Below are positions 1 to 9,507 of a stretch of 38,831 bases of DNA, one piece after another (the stretch's first letter is position 1; the number at the start of each line of letters is the position of its first letter). The stretch is from assembly GCA_018662075.1 (NCBI GenBank), contig JABJGX010000090.1:1-38831 (forward strand), read 5' to 3'. The stretch comes from Candidatus Peregrinibacteria bacterium (GTDB taxonomy: Bacteria > Patescibacteriota > Gracilibacteria > Peribacterales > Peribacteraceae). The notes below the pieces were generated by a model. That model was not told the origin of the DNA, did not search any database, and saw nothing but the letters and a program-made list of their open reading frames with translations. The translations under genes were made by a program, and so were the position numbers.

Positions 1-136
1 AAAAGGGGACCGCGAACGTTCTAACTAATTGAGCTTTATAGAAAAATACTGGGAGCAGCTTTGTGGGTTTGAACCCTTGACCTGGCTGGACCTATAACCG
101 CGAACGTTCTAAGCAACTGATCCTATAGAAAAATAC
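1..136 (-). repeat. Degenerate tandem (~87 bp period) partial copies of tRNA-His immediately downstream of the tRNA
   Basis: TATAGAAAAATACTGGG at 37-53 and 124-140; GGGTTTGAACCCTTGACCT at 65-83 identical to tRNA 151-169; ACCGCGAACGTTCTAA at 9-24 and 97-112. Confidence 0.75.
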
Positions 137-214
137 TGGGGCGAGATAAGGGGTTTGAACCCTTGACCTTCCGGACCACAACCGGACGCTCTAACCAACT
201 GAGCTAATCTCGCC
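137..214 (-). tRNA. tRNA-His(GTG)
   Basis: Reverse complement GGCGAGATTAGCTCAGTTGGTTAGAGCGTCCGGTTGTGGTCCGGAAGGTCAAGGGTTCAAACCCCTTATCTCGCCCCA: cloverleaf, GTG anticodon, G-1:C73 identity pair, encoded CCA. Confidence 0.97.
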
Positions 215-273
215 ATGTATGAGTGGTAATAGCCGATACTTTGTTTTAATCCACAGAGCGAAGTTGGAAACTG

Positions 274-311
274 CCTGTCGACCGTAGTTCGCCGGTGCGA
301 ACGAAGGTTGA
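274..311. repeat. REP-like GTAG-tagged palindromic element inside a duplicated tRNA-His 5' fragment (269-327)
   Basis: TCGACC-GTA-GTTCGC-CGGT-GCGAAC-GAA-GGTTGA stem-loop; removing 274-311 regenerates AACTGAGCTAATCTCGCCATG, identical to 197-217. Confidence 0.6.
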
Positions 312-370
312 AGCTAATCTCGCCATGAGATCGGCAATATCCTACAAGGCAACGCGAGACATGAAAAGCT

Positions 371-2272
371 TTAAGATCCTTGTTTTTCATTATCCTCTGG
401 ACTGTCTTCTACGGGTGGCTTTGGAGTATTTGCCTCAAGAGGCTCAATGTCCTCTGCTTTTATGAAGGCTACAGGTTCATCCATGTCCTCAGGTTCGGGT
501 TCTGGAGCCTCTGTTTCCACTGGTATTTCATTCGGAGTCCCCGGTGTGGCAGAGCCATTCTCTTTACGGCTCTTTACGTTTTCCCTATACCGCTGCCTCT
601 TTTGTCTCTTCTTTTCGCGCTGCCTCTCTTTACGGTCAGCATCTGATGCCGTAGTTGTTGTCATAGACTCCTCTTTAGGAACATCCCCCTGGAGCTCTTC
701 TGGCGGAGGTGCATCCACGGTTTGTCCTACTTCCTCAGCTTTTTCGATACCACCTTGCAGCCAATCTGGTGCCTGAGTCGCGTCAGTAGCAAGTTTTTCA
801 GCAGCAGGTTCCATTGCAGTATGCGTTACATTTGGTGCCGGAGCTTCTGCTACCGGTTCTACAACTGGAGCAACTGCCTCTGGCTCAGGTATAGGTTCTG
901 CTACTGGTTCTGCTTTAGGTGCAAGCCACTCTGGTGCTGTAGTTGGCTCTGGTGATGGTGGAATAATTTCTGCTTCTACCACTGGGGCAGGAGTCACAAC
1001 TTCTGGTGCTGGACTCGCAACCGGTGTTTCGACTGGGGTTACTACAGTGGGTTCAGTGTGGATCTCCATTGGTGGAGCACTTTCTGCCACAGTTTCTTTT
1101 GGAGTCTTTACTATTGCACCCTCTGCTTTTTCCAAACTCTTTTCGAGTGAGAATCCTTTCTTCTTTACCTTACTAAAGATGAATATCCCAGCAGCACCGA
1201 CTGCAGCAGAAATAAGAAGGATAAGAATCAGCTTAAAAATGAGTCCCAAGATAGACCCACCATCAGATTTTTTCTTTTCAGGCTTTTTAGGATCTACTAC
1301 TTCTGGACCTGTTTCAGTTTCTTCTTTCATTCTGTTTATAACGATACTATCGGAAACGGTTGTCTGCACTTGTCCTGTTTTTAGATCTCGAATTTCTACA
1401 CTGATGTCATAATTTCCAGACTCTGCAAACATATGAATAGGCTTGTCGAGCATACTCTGTTGACCATCACCAAAGTTCCAGAGGAGCAGGACATTGCTTT
1501 TTACTTCGCTATCCATCTGAAGACCAAATTGCACTTCTCCATTATCACTTTTAAGCACTTGAATACGCATGCCATCTGGAGCCTCTTCTAGTGCTACATC
1601 TTCTCCATATTCACCACCTCTCCTAAAGGAAATATTTTCAAATTGAGTTTCATTGTTATCAAATAAGACACCAAGTCTCATTCCAGGAATTGTGCTATTT
1701 GCGATCCAGAGGTAGAGGGGATTTCCTTCAGACCGAAACAAAGTATTTTTTGTATCGTCATCATTTTCTGGATTTCCATCATTATTACTGTCACGACTTG
1801 TATCTGTATCAATAGCGATAACTTTGATATCTGTGCGCTCCGGCGAAATTTTGATGACATCTGTGCTTCGGCCAAGAGCAATAGTTCCATTCTGCATGGC
1901 AGGGATATATGTGGCGATGGCATTGGAATTCGTTGTGTTTTCCTCATAGCCTGGTTTTCTATCTAGGACAGAGAGGGTAAATGTCTTTCTGATGGCTTCA
2001 TTATTTACAGAAGTCTCTGCAGAGAGCTGAAAGCTTCCAGGCTGAGAAATACGTGTACGGAACACAGGGTCCCGGTTTGCCTCTATGAATTCACCATTCT
2101 GTGTAAGCACCCAGCTTGTCTTTCCAAGGCCACCAACACCCTGCATTTCAAAGATTCCACCAACAGGTACTGTCAGTACCTGTTGGCTTGTACCAAGCTG
2201 TGCAAGCACACCAGACCCTGCAATGGTTACCACTGCAAGAGCAGACGCGATAGAGGAGGTTCGAATATTCAT
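371..2272 (-). CDS. PKD-domain membrane-anchored surface protein with long Pro/Glu-rich cytoplasmic tail
   Basis: N-terminal hydrophobic signal; WNFGDG...PIHMFAESGNYDISVEI PKD motif; Asp-rich DTDTSRDSNNDG loop; TM helix then low-complexity tail. Start moved to ATG 2272 (TAATG overlap with pilin stop). Confidence 0.8.
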   Translation of the reverse strand: MNIRTSSIASALAVVTIAGSGVLAQLGTSQQVLTVPVGGIFEMQGVGGLGKTSWVLTQNGEFIEANRDPVFRTRISQPGSFQLSAETSVNNEAIRKTFTLSVLDRKPGYEENTTNSNAIATYIPAMQNGTIALGRSTDVIKISPERTDIKVIAIDTDTSRDSNNDGNPENDDDTKNTLFRSEGNPLYLWIANSTIPGMRLGVLFDNNETQFENISFRRGGEYGEDVALEEAPDGMRIQVLKSDNGEVQFGLQMDSEVKSNVLLLWNFGDGQQSMLDKPIHMFAESGNYDISVEIRDLKTGQVQTTVSDSIVINRMKEETETGPEVVDPKKPEKKKSDGGSILGLIFKLILILLISAAVGAAGIFIFSKVKKKGFSLEKSLEKAEGAIVKTPKETVAESAPPMEIHTEPTVVTPVETPVASPAPEVVTPAPVVEAEIIPPSPEPTTAPEWLAPKAEPVAEPIPEPEAVAPVVEPVAEAPAPNVTHTAMEPAAEKLATDATQAPDWLQGGIEKAEEVGQTVDAPPPEELQGDVPKEESMTTTTASDADRKERQREKKRQKRQRYRENVKSRKENGSATPGTPNEIPVETEAPEPEPEDMDEPVAFIKAEDIEPLEANTPKPPVEDSPEDNEKQGS

Positions 2273-2655
2273 TATTTTATTATTGAGGTAATGAGCCAAA
2301 CAATTGCGCTAGCAAATAGAATGATAATTAACCCAATGATCGTATAGAAAATAATTTTTTTCGCCTTGTCCTTAGTCGATTCCTCACCCCCACTTACGAC
2401 AAGCATGATGCCAGCAATGACAATAACAATCACAGCAACGAGGCCCATGTACGAAAGAACAAGACGTAAGAGGGCTAGTATAGTTAATCGCAAGTCTCCA
2501 TTGGAAATTCCAAGGATTGCTTGTGCCTGATCAATACCTCCAACAATTCCCGGTCCTTGATACACCTGAGCAATAACGACCTCTGGAAATATTCCAACAA
2601 GGAATCCAGTGACGATAGCAAGTAATACAGTAGGGGGCGCGAAGAGTTTTTTCAT
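2272..2655 (-). CDS. TrbC/VirB2-like pilin (CPR-type T4SS pilin family)
   Basis: 127 aa; signal then two TM helices with the family pattern IVIAGIMLVVSGGEESTKDKAKKIIFYTIIGLIIILFASAIV. Confidence 0.85.
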   Translation of the reverse strand: MKKLFAPPTVLLAIVTGFLVGIFPEVVIAQVYQGPGIVGGIDQAQAILGISNGDLRLTILALLRLVLSYMGLVAVIVIVIAGIMLVVSGGEESTKDKAKKIIFYTIIGLIIILFASAIVWLITSIIK

Positions 2656-2723
2656 GTATGTTTTTGTTATGTATGTTTCATACTATTATAGCTTATTCCG
2701 CTCTTCAGCGCTACCCTAAGGGC

Positions 2724-3716
2724 ATGAGACCAGACCGACTTCAGGTATTACTGGCAGATGCAAAAACAGATGCCTTTCTCGTTTCGAACCTTACAAATAT
2801 TTTGTACCTGTCTGGTGTGAGCGTAAGTGCTGGTTTTGTACTAATAAAAGCCAAAAAGTCTATATTATTTGTTGATGGTCGATATGCAGAGAAGGCAAAA
2901 GGCACTGTACGGAAGGGCATTTCAGTACTCGATATTGAGAAGATAGCTCAAGAGCTAAAAACAGTAAAAAACTGCGGCTTTGAGGCATCTGATGTAACAG
3001 TGGATAGACTTTCGAGGTGGAAGCGGAATTTCTTGAACACAAAATTTGTACAAAAAAAGGGAATAGTGGAAGAATATCGCAGAACAAAAGATAAAGATGA
3101 AATACGTCATTTTAAGAAGGCACAGCGGATAACCAATGATTTGATGACGAGGATTCCATCGTCACTAAAACAGGGGGTTACAGAAATGCAAATAGCCTGG
3201 ATGCTAGAGGCATTAGCAAGAGAGCTCGGGGCTGAGGGGCTCTCTTTTGATGCGATTGTTGGCTTTGGATCAAACTCATCACGGCCGCATCATAGCCCGA
3301 CAAATCGTAAGTTTAAGAAGGGTGATATGGTTCAAATCGATGTTGGTGCAAAGGTAAACGGGTACTGCGCAGATCAAAGCAGAGTATTTTTTACAGGGCC
3401 AAAGACTAAGCTACAAGAAAAGGTTTTTATAGCATTAGGTAGGGCTAAAAAGGAATCAGAAGCAGCGATAAAACCTGGGGTTACAAACCATGAGTTAGAC
3501 AAGATATCACGAAGTGTACTGAAGGAATATGACCTAGAGAAATACTTCATACATAGCCTTGGACACGGTGTAGGGCTAGATATCCATGAGGGGATTACGC
3601 TTTCGCAGAAGGCAAAAAAGACACCTCTACTGAAGAATGAAATCATAACCATAGAGCCAGGTGTCTACATCCCTGGAAAGTTTGGTATGAGGCTCGAAGA
3701 TGAGGTTATAGTATAG
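2724..3716 (+). CDS. Xaa-Pro aminopeptidase (peptidase M24B)
   Basis: Creatinase-N-like start (DAFLVSNLTNILYLSG), metal ligands IDVG..YCADQSR, HSLGHGVGLDIHE, TIEPGVY, GMRLEDEV; start likely ATG 2724. Confidence 0.93.
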   Translation: MRPDRLQVLLADAKTDAFLVSNLTNILYLSGVSVSAGFVLIKAKKSILFVDGRYAEKAKGTVRKGISVLDIEKIAQELKTVKNCGFEASDVTVDRLSRWKRNFLNTKFVQKKGIVEEYRRTKDKDEIRHFKKAQRITNDLMTRIPSSLKQGVTEMQIAWMLEALARELGAEGLSFDAIVGFGSNSSRPHHSPTNRKFKKGDMVQIDVGAKVNGYCADQSRVFFTGPKTKLQEKVFIALGRAKKESEAAIKPGVTNHELDKISRSVLKEYDLEKYFIHSLGHGVGLDIHEGITLSQKAKKTPLLKNEIITIEPGVYIPGKFGMRLEDEVIV

Positions 3717-3770
3717 ATGTTAGGTATACTTGGCAGTCAACTGTTGCACTTTCCTGTATACTAATATGAT

Positions 3771-5177
3771 TTGAAAATACAAAAACAAAATATCTATCGG
3801 ACAAAAGAGCTACGAGTGCCACGGCACATCGTCATCCTGCTTAGCATGATTGCAGTTTTTCTACCATATCATACATACAGTAATCCAGTTATTCATACCG
3901 AGCCGTATACACAGGAGTTTATTATTACTGCGTACTACTCACCATTGTCTAACCAATGTTGCTATGTAAAAGGGGGAGAGTTTGCAGACAAGATTTTAAA
4001 TGGACAGGGGATTGCAGGAGCAGATGGGACGGGGGTCTACCCTGGAATGATTGCAGCTCCTAGTTCGTATCCTTTTGGAACGGTTATATCACTTCCTGGA
4101 TTTGGGACACTGAAGGTGCATGATAGAGGCGGTGCTATTAATGAGCTTGGTAATGGAAAGCATCGGCTAGATATCTGGGCAGGACATGGAGAGGAAGGAC
4201 TTGCAAGAGCCCTAGCCTTAGGCGTTCAACATGTAAAAGGAACAGTGTACCCTAATGCCTCGGGTCAGCCTGAAGTACAGTTCGATCTTGCAAATTTACC
4301 TGCGCCTATCGATGAACTTCGTAGGTACTTTGTTGAGAAGGATAACCTACTTGCACTCCGCCCTAAGGTTGGTGACAGAGGGCTCTCTGTGTACTTACTA
4401 CAAAACTATCTACATGAAATTGGATACTTAAAAAGAGGGCCAACAGGTTTCTTTGGAGAGCAGACGAAGCAAAGCTGGCATACATTCCTCAGGGACTATC
4501 AATTGCAAATTGCAGATGGATTGGACGCAAAATCTGCAGCATTTGTTTTAGGTGTTCAAAAGAGGCAAGGAGCTAAAGAGCCCTTCGCAAAGTACATAGA
4601 TCCAGATGCATCGGAAAGTTCTATTGCAGAAGCACAGAGGCTACTTAGGTTTCTTGGCTACTATAAGGGCCGAACGAACGGTGTCTATGATGACAACCTG
4701 TTCGCATCTATCCTGAAATTCCAGCAAAAACACGCTTTAGTAGGTACAGCTGAAGACATTGGAGCAGGTCGAATTGGACCACTGACAAGCCGCGCTATAA
4801 GAGCAGAGTGGGACAGGCAGATTGTTGCCAGTCATGCAGATCGATATTTAGATCTCCATACTATCGACGTAAAACTTTCAGAGAAGGGGAATCGTCTAAA
4901 GCAGTTCCTTGGAGATGACTACAATGGTGGCCAAGTCCGCTTGCTACAACAGGCTCTTTCAGACCTTGGTTTCTTCGATGCAAAAAAGATTAACGGCAAC
5001 TTTGGACCAATGACCAAAGAAGCAGTGACTGCTTATCAGTTTGATAGAGAAATTATTATGTCAATGTCAGATACCGGAGCAGGGTATGTAGGTCCTACGA
5101 CACTGCGGTCTTTGCGCTCTGATCAGCGAAATATTCTCTATAGGCTTGTTAGAGCTGAAGGATGGAATGCACTATAA
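3771..5177 (+). CDS. 3D-domain protein with repeated peptidoglycan-binding (PG_binding_1-like) domains; putative cell-wall lytic enzyme
   Basis: ITAYYSP...ADGT...IAAPSSYPFGT...VHDRGGAI...RLDIW (3D); three LQxxLxxLGY/F...G.FG..T..A...FQ-type repeats; start codon uncertain. Confidence 0.85.
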   Translation: MKIQKQNIYRTKELRVPRHIVILLSMIAVFLPYHTYSNPVIHTEPYTQEFIITAYYSPLSNQCCYVKGGEFADKILNGQGIAGADGTGVYPGMIAAPSSYPFGTVISLPGFGTLKVHDRGGAINELGNGKHRLDIWAGHGEEGLARALALGVQHVKGTVYPNASGQPEVQFDLANLPAPIDELRRYFVEKDNLLALRPKVGDRGLSVYLLQNYLHEIGYLKRGPTGFFGEQTKQSWHTFLRDYQLQIADGLDAKSAAFVLGVQKRQGAKEPFAKYIDPDASESSIAEAQRLLRFLGYYKGRTNGVYDDNLFASILKFQQKHALVGTAEDIGAGRIGPLTSRAIRAEWDRQIVASHADRYLDLHTIDVKLSEKGNRLKQFLGDDYNGGQVRLLQQALSDLGFFDAKKINGNFGPMTKEAVTAYQFDREIIMSMSDTGAGYVGPTTLRSLRSDQRNILYRLVRAEGWNAL

Positions 5178-5236
5178 GAACGTAGTTTGAAAAAATAAGA
5201 ATTGCTTCTTGATGAAATATTGTTCAAGGTGCATAC

Positions 5237-6277
5237 ATCAAATATTTACTTGTTGTTTTAGGCCTTCTTTTTTTGCCAACTTCTGTTATGGCAGAAGACA
5301 ATTATGCAACGCGTAGAGATGGGTTCTTAACGATGTGGGAAAGTATTTCTCGTCCTGCGTATGAACGCCGTGTTAACTATGATGATATAGAAGAAGGGGA
5401 TAGAGGCTACCTCGAAATTAACTATGCTCGTAGTAGAAAAATCCTGGAGGAAGAGACAATGTTTTACCCAGATGAGCCACTGCTCATGAAGCATGCATTA
5501 CTGTGGTTATTTAGAACACGAAATATTCGGGAGCTACCAGATATGCAACCAGAAACACTTGCTTCCATGATCTCAGATTATCCAATTGTAGAAGAGGACA
5601 GGGATCTTACAGGAAGGACCAATAAGCAAGAACTCCTTACGATGATGCGAAAATTAGACCAAATGCTCGTAAAAGAGGTTCATGAAGTAAGTTTCTATGC
5701 AGATGACTTCCACGGTAGAGGTACTGCATTTGGCGAAACCTTTGATATGAATGACATTACAGCAGCGCACAGGTCTTTTCCTCACGATACTCTCGTTAAA
5801 GTTACCAATGTCGATAACGATAAGTCAGTCATTGTGAGGATAAACGACAGAGGGCCATATGTGCATGGTAGGGATATGGACCTAAGCAAAGCTTCATTCC
5901 TAGAGATTGCGCCACAGGGCCAAGGTGTACTGAGAGCGACATTTGAAAGGTTAGGGAACGTAGAGATGGTTACTTCTTGCGAACAGCGCCAGCAGGTATT
6001 TCAAAAAAGAATCACCAGAGATATCAGATTTTTTAGGGGTGTCCCCCATACATTTACCATTGGGAATCCATTAGTATTGCAAAGCACTAAGCCATTTGTA
6101 GTGCAAAGTATAGTGTTCCCAGATGGTCAGAATCTTCGTATACAAGACTTTGTGAACCCGAAGGAGAAATACCAATTCTCGCCAGATATGACAGGAAGGT
6201 ACTCTATATTCGTTGGTGATACTCTTGGGCATATCCGTGAAATGAGGATGAATGTGTCGTCGTGCGTTTTGCCTTAG
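5237..6277 (+). CDS. RlpA-family (DPBB) lytic transglycosylase-like secreted protein
   Basis: SFYADDFHGRGTAFGETFDMNDITAAHRSFPHDTLVKVTN...VRINDRGPYVHGRDMDLS; reading frame open upstream of TTG 5273 through a signal peptide IKYLLVVLGLLFLPTSVMA beginning at ATC 5237 (start uncertain). Confidence 0.85.
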   Translation: MKYLLVVLGLLFLPTSVMAEDNYATRRDGFLTMWESISRPAYERRVNYDDIEEGDRGYLEINYARSRKILEEETMFYPDEPLLMKHALLWLFRTRNIRELPDMQPETLASMISDYPIVEEDRDLTGRTNKQELLTMMRKLDQMLVKEVHEVSFYADDFHGRGTAFGETFDMNDITAAHRSFPHDTLVKVTNVDNDKSVIVRINDRGPYVHGRDMDLSKASFLEIAPQGQGVLRATFERLGNVEMVTSCEQRQQVFQKRITRDIRFFRGVPHTFTIGNPLVLQSTKPFVVQSIVFPDGQNLRIQDFVNPKEKYQFSPDMTGRYSIFVGDTLGHIREMRMNVSSCVLP

Positions 6278-6375
6278 CGAAGCTCTGAGAAGCCAATCTG
6301 ACCTATTCAGCAAGTTCAAATTCTGCTATAATAGAGGGATTTACTGTATCCTACGTTCAACCCTTTTAAGACCAC

Positions 6376-8973
6376 ATGGTTTCGTTTCTCCGCTTTGCAT
6401 CCTGGCCCATTCTCTGGCTCTCAGCCATTGTTCTGATTACTGTTACCACAGATGGCTTTTGGCGTTCTCTTGGGAGGGAATTTTTAAGTGCTCCTTTTAC
6501 ATTTATTTTTACTATTGTATTGCTCTACGGAATATGGAGAGTGTCGCGAAAGTTTTTTCGTTATTGGTATGCAATCCGAAATGCAAAATCACTTGTTGCT
6601 CTGAAGGTCTTACTACCACGGAAAGAATCTAAGATCGACCAGGATAAGCGAACAGAAAAAGACTTCAAAGAAAAGATCGCAATGATGGAACAACTGTTCC
6701 GCGCACTGTGGGAAATTAAAGCGTTGAACTTACAACAAATGATCCACTTCTGGTTCTTCAGGTATCTTCCAATTAGCTTCGAGATGTATGTCGTAAAAGG
6801 CCAGTTGACTATGTACGTTGTGACAAAAGAAAACTTACTTTCCATTGTAGAAAAGCAGATCACAGCATTTTATCCAGATGCAGAGGTGACACTGCAGGAG
6901 ACCCCAGAGATATGGCCAAAAGGAACTCATCTAATGGCATACAATATGGTGCAACAAAAACCATTTCAGTATCCTATTCGGTATTACGAGCAAATGCAGG
7001 ATGACCCTTTGAATGGAATTGCAAACGTACTGAGTAAGATGGATGCAGATGAAACTGCGTGTATTCAGATTGTCGTAACACCATCATTCAGTGGCAAGTG
7101 GAACAAGAAAGCAAAACTTTTTGCCTCTGCTGCGTTTAAGGGAAAGAAAACACATTGGCTTAGTAAGATTCCAGGTTTAAAAATGTTTGGAAATATTGTT
7201 TCCGGTATAGCGACTGGTGATACAGGAAATATGGCTCCAGGCGCAAAAGAAGGGGACTCCTTTGTACGTATGATTGCACCAGAAGAAGAATTATATAAGC
7301 GCATGGGTGAGAAAGCAGGTATGAGCTTTTACCATTCATCTATTCGCATTTTTGCATCGACTGCTAGTATGCAGCGTTCTCAAGAGATTACGAATAACAT
7401 GCAGATTGCGTTTAATGCATTTAAAGACTTATACGGAAATGTTCTGCAAAACAGACGTATGTATGTCGACTTCTTCCCTCTTAACTGGAATGCAAAAATC
7501 CTACATAAGCTGTGGAAGAATCGTATTAATGGTTTTGCTCACAAGAAGTCTTTACTAGTAGAGAAGGAGTTGGCAGGACTCTTCCACTTCCCAGATAGTC
7601 GTTATAACTCAATGCCGATTATCCAATGGGTTGCATCGAAAATGCTTCCGCCACCACCAGCCCCTCCTACAGAAGGAATACTGCTTGGGCACAATAGGTA
7701 TCGTGCGAAGGATACAGAGATCAGATTCTTGCCTAAAGACCGTACGCGTCATCATTACATCATTGGTAAATCTGGTACTGGTAAATCTGCATATATTAGC
7801 TGGATGTCACGTCAGGATATCGCAAACGGTGAAGGTGTCTGTATGATCGACCCACATGGAGACCTTATTGAAGACGCCCTTGCACATGTGCCGAAAGAGC
7901 GTGCAAAAGACATTGTTGTATTCGATCCATCAGACATGGACCGGCCAATGGGTCTAAACCTTCTAGAGGCAACGACACCAGAAGAGAAAGACAGAGCATC
8001 TTTGGATGCCATGGAAATTTTCATTAAGCTCTTTGGTAACGAGATCTTCGGTCCACGTATTCAGCACTACTTCCGTAATGGATGTCTGACACTTATGGAT
8101 GACGAAGAGGAGGGCGCAACAATCCTCGATGTCCCTCGTATGTTTGTCGATGAAGACTTCCAGCGTTATAAGGTTAGCAAGTGTCGAAACGCTGTGGTCC
8201 GTAGTTTCTGGACGAATGAAATGGCAAAAACTGGTCAGCGTGAAAAAGAAGAGATGATCCCATACTTTAGTTCAAAGTTTGGACCATTCATTACGAATAC
8301 AACAATGCGAAATATTATCGGTCAGCCAAAGAGTGCTTTTGATATCCGTAAGATTATGGATGAAGGAAAGGTGCTACTGGTAAATCTCTCTAAGGGAAAG
8401 ATTGGTGATACCAATGCACAGCTCCTTGGTCTGATCTTTGTAAACAAGATCAATATGGCTGCAATGGGAAGAGCAGATATGCCGAAAGAAGATAGGAAAC
8501 GTTTCTACTTATATGTGGATGAGTTCCAGAATTTTGTAACAGATGCCTTCGCCACTATTCTTTCAGAGGCTCGTAAGTATGAACTAGGTCTTATCATGGC
8601 TCACCAATTTATCGGACAACTAGTGGAAGGTAGCGGAGCAGATAGTGGGAAGCTACGAGATGCCGTCTTTGGTAACGTCGGTACTATTAGCTCGTTTAAG
8701 ATTGGTGCTGAAGACGCCGAGTACATGGCAAAGGAAATGGCACCGGTACTTTCAGAGCAGGATGTTATCAATGTCCCGAACTTCCAATGTTACACAAAGT
8801 TGAATATCAACAACGTGACATCAAGGCCCTTTAGCTTGAATACTATTTATGATGAGTCTGCTCGTAACGAGAAGCTCGGAGGTCTCATCAAAGAATACAG
8901 CCGAATGAAATACGGTCGAAAGAAGATCTTCGTAAACCAAGAGATCGAAGACCGCATCGGAATTGTCGACTAG
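6376..8973 (+). CDS. Membrane-anchored VirD4/TraD-like (type IV coupling protein / HerA-FtsK clade) ATPase
   Basis: Two N-terminal TM helices; DRTRHHYIIGKSGTGKS Walker A, IDPHGDL, LYVDEFQNF Walker B, LSEARKY, AVFGNVGT. Confidence 0.88.
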   Translation: MVSFLRFASWPILWLSAIVLITVTTDGFWRSLGREFLSAPFTFIFTIVLLYGIWRVSRKFFRYWYAIRNAKSLVALKVLLPRKESKIDQDKRTEKDFKEKIAMMEQLFRALWEIKALNLQQMIHFWFFRYLPISFEMYVVKGQLTMYVVTKENLLSIVEKQITAFYPDAEVTLQETPEIWPKGTHLMAYNMVQQKPFQYPIRYYEQMQDDPLNGIANVLSKMDADETACIQIVVTPSFSGKWNKKAKLFASAAFKGKKTHWLSKIPGLKMFGNIVSGIATGDTGNMAPGAKEGDSFVRMIAPEEELYKRMGEKAGMSFYHSSIRIFASTASMQRSQEITNNMQIAFNAFKDLYGNVLQNRRMYVDFFPLNWNAKILHKLWKNRINGFAHKKSLLVEKELAGLFHFPDSRYNSMPIIQWVASKMLPPPPAPPTEGILLGHNRYRAKDTEIRFLPKDRTRHHYIIGKSGTGKSAYISWMSRQDIANGEGVCMIDPHGDLIEDALAHVPKERAKDIVVFDPSDMDRPMGLNLLEATTPEEKDRASLDAMEIFIKLFGNEIFGPRIQHYFRNGCLTLMDDEEEGATILDVPRMFVDEDFQRYKVSKCRNAVVRSFWTNEMAKTGQREKEEMIPYFSSKFGPFITNTTMRNIIGQPKSAFDIRKIMDEGKVLLVNLSKGKIGDTNAQLLGLIFVNKINMAAMGRADMPKEDRKRFYLYVDEFQNFVTDAFATILSEARKYELGLIMAHQFIGQLVEGSGADSGKLRDAVFGNVGTISSFKIGAEDAEYMAKEMAPVLSEQDVINVPNFQCYTKLNINNVTSRPFSLNTIYDESARNEKLGGLIKEYSRMKYGRKKIFVNQEIEDRIGIVD

Positions 8974-9396
8974 CTACTTCTTAGCAATCTTGCGCATCGC
9001 AGCCTTATACTCTTTTTCTTCGTTGATCTCTTTTTTGATTTCTTTCAGTTCCCAACTCAGCATCATAGTAACTGCGGTACGCAAGGTAATAATTGCCGCT
9101 AGCTTTCCAAGTTCATCCCATGTTGGCTGCATGATAGATTCGATAATATCTTTCCCAACAAGGAACTCGAGCCCAAGGGCTAAGTGCTTTCCAAGTTCAA
9201 TACGGATGTGCGGAAGGTGATTCTGTCTTCGAATGCTTGATAGCATAAAGTGGATTGCACTTTTTATTCCTCCGTATGCCATGATCATTACTCCAATGTA
9301 CCCAATGATACTTGCTACAAAAACCGAGAGGGCCTCAAGACTGGTTGTGACAAGGATAAGATCGTGAATAAGATTCGTGTTTTCTATAACTAGCAT
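8974..9396 (-). CDS. DUF1622 family membrane protein
   Basis: IRIELGKHLALGLEFLVGKDIIESIMQPTWDELGKLAAIITLRT signature; exact start uncertain. Confidence 0.85.
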   Translation of the reverse strand: MLVIENTNLIHDLILVTTSLEALSVFVASIIGYIGVMIMAYGGIKSAIHFMLSSIRRQNHLPHIRIELGKHLALGLEFLVGKDIIESIMQPTWDELGKLAAIITLRTAVTMMLSWELKEIKKEINEEKEYKAAMRKIAKK

Positions 9397-9507
9397 TGTA
9401 CCATTTTTACCCTTTTTACGCTACTGCTTAATTTCTACAGATAGCCTTGCAAGCAGCCTTGCATAACCGTAATCTACTCGCACTATACTTCGATTCCCTC
9501 AGTACAA

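Noticed and set aside
1-140. Repeats as a CRISPR array
   Set aside because: Units are tRNA-derived along their whole length, with no unique spacers and no cas genes
109-390. 93 aa minus-strand ORF
   Set aside because: Runs through tRNA-His and the repeats; no protein-like features
6376-8973. Conjugative element/ICE around the VirD4-like gene
   Set aside because: No relaxase, VirB4, integrase or boundary repeats; flanked by housekeeping genes
9443-9463. AGCCTTGCA direct repeat between DUF1622 and ybaB
   Set aside because: Only two 9-bp copies and no recurrence noticed elsewhere; cannot support an operator call
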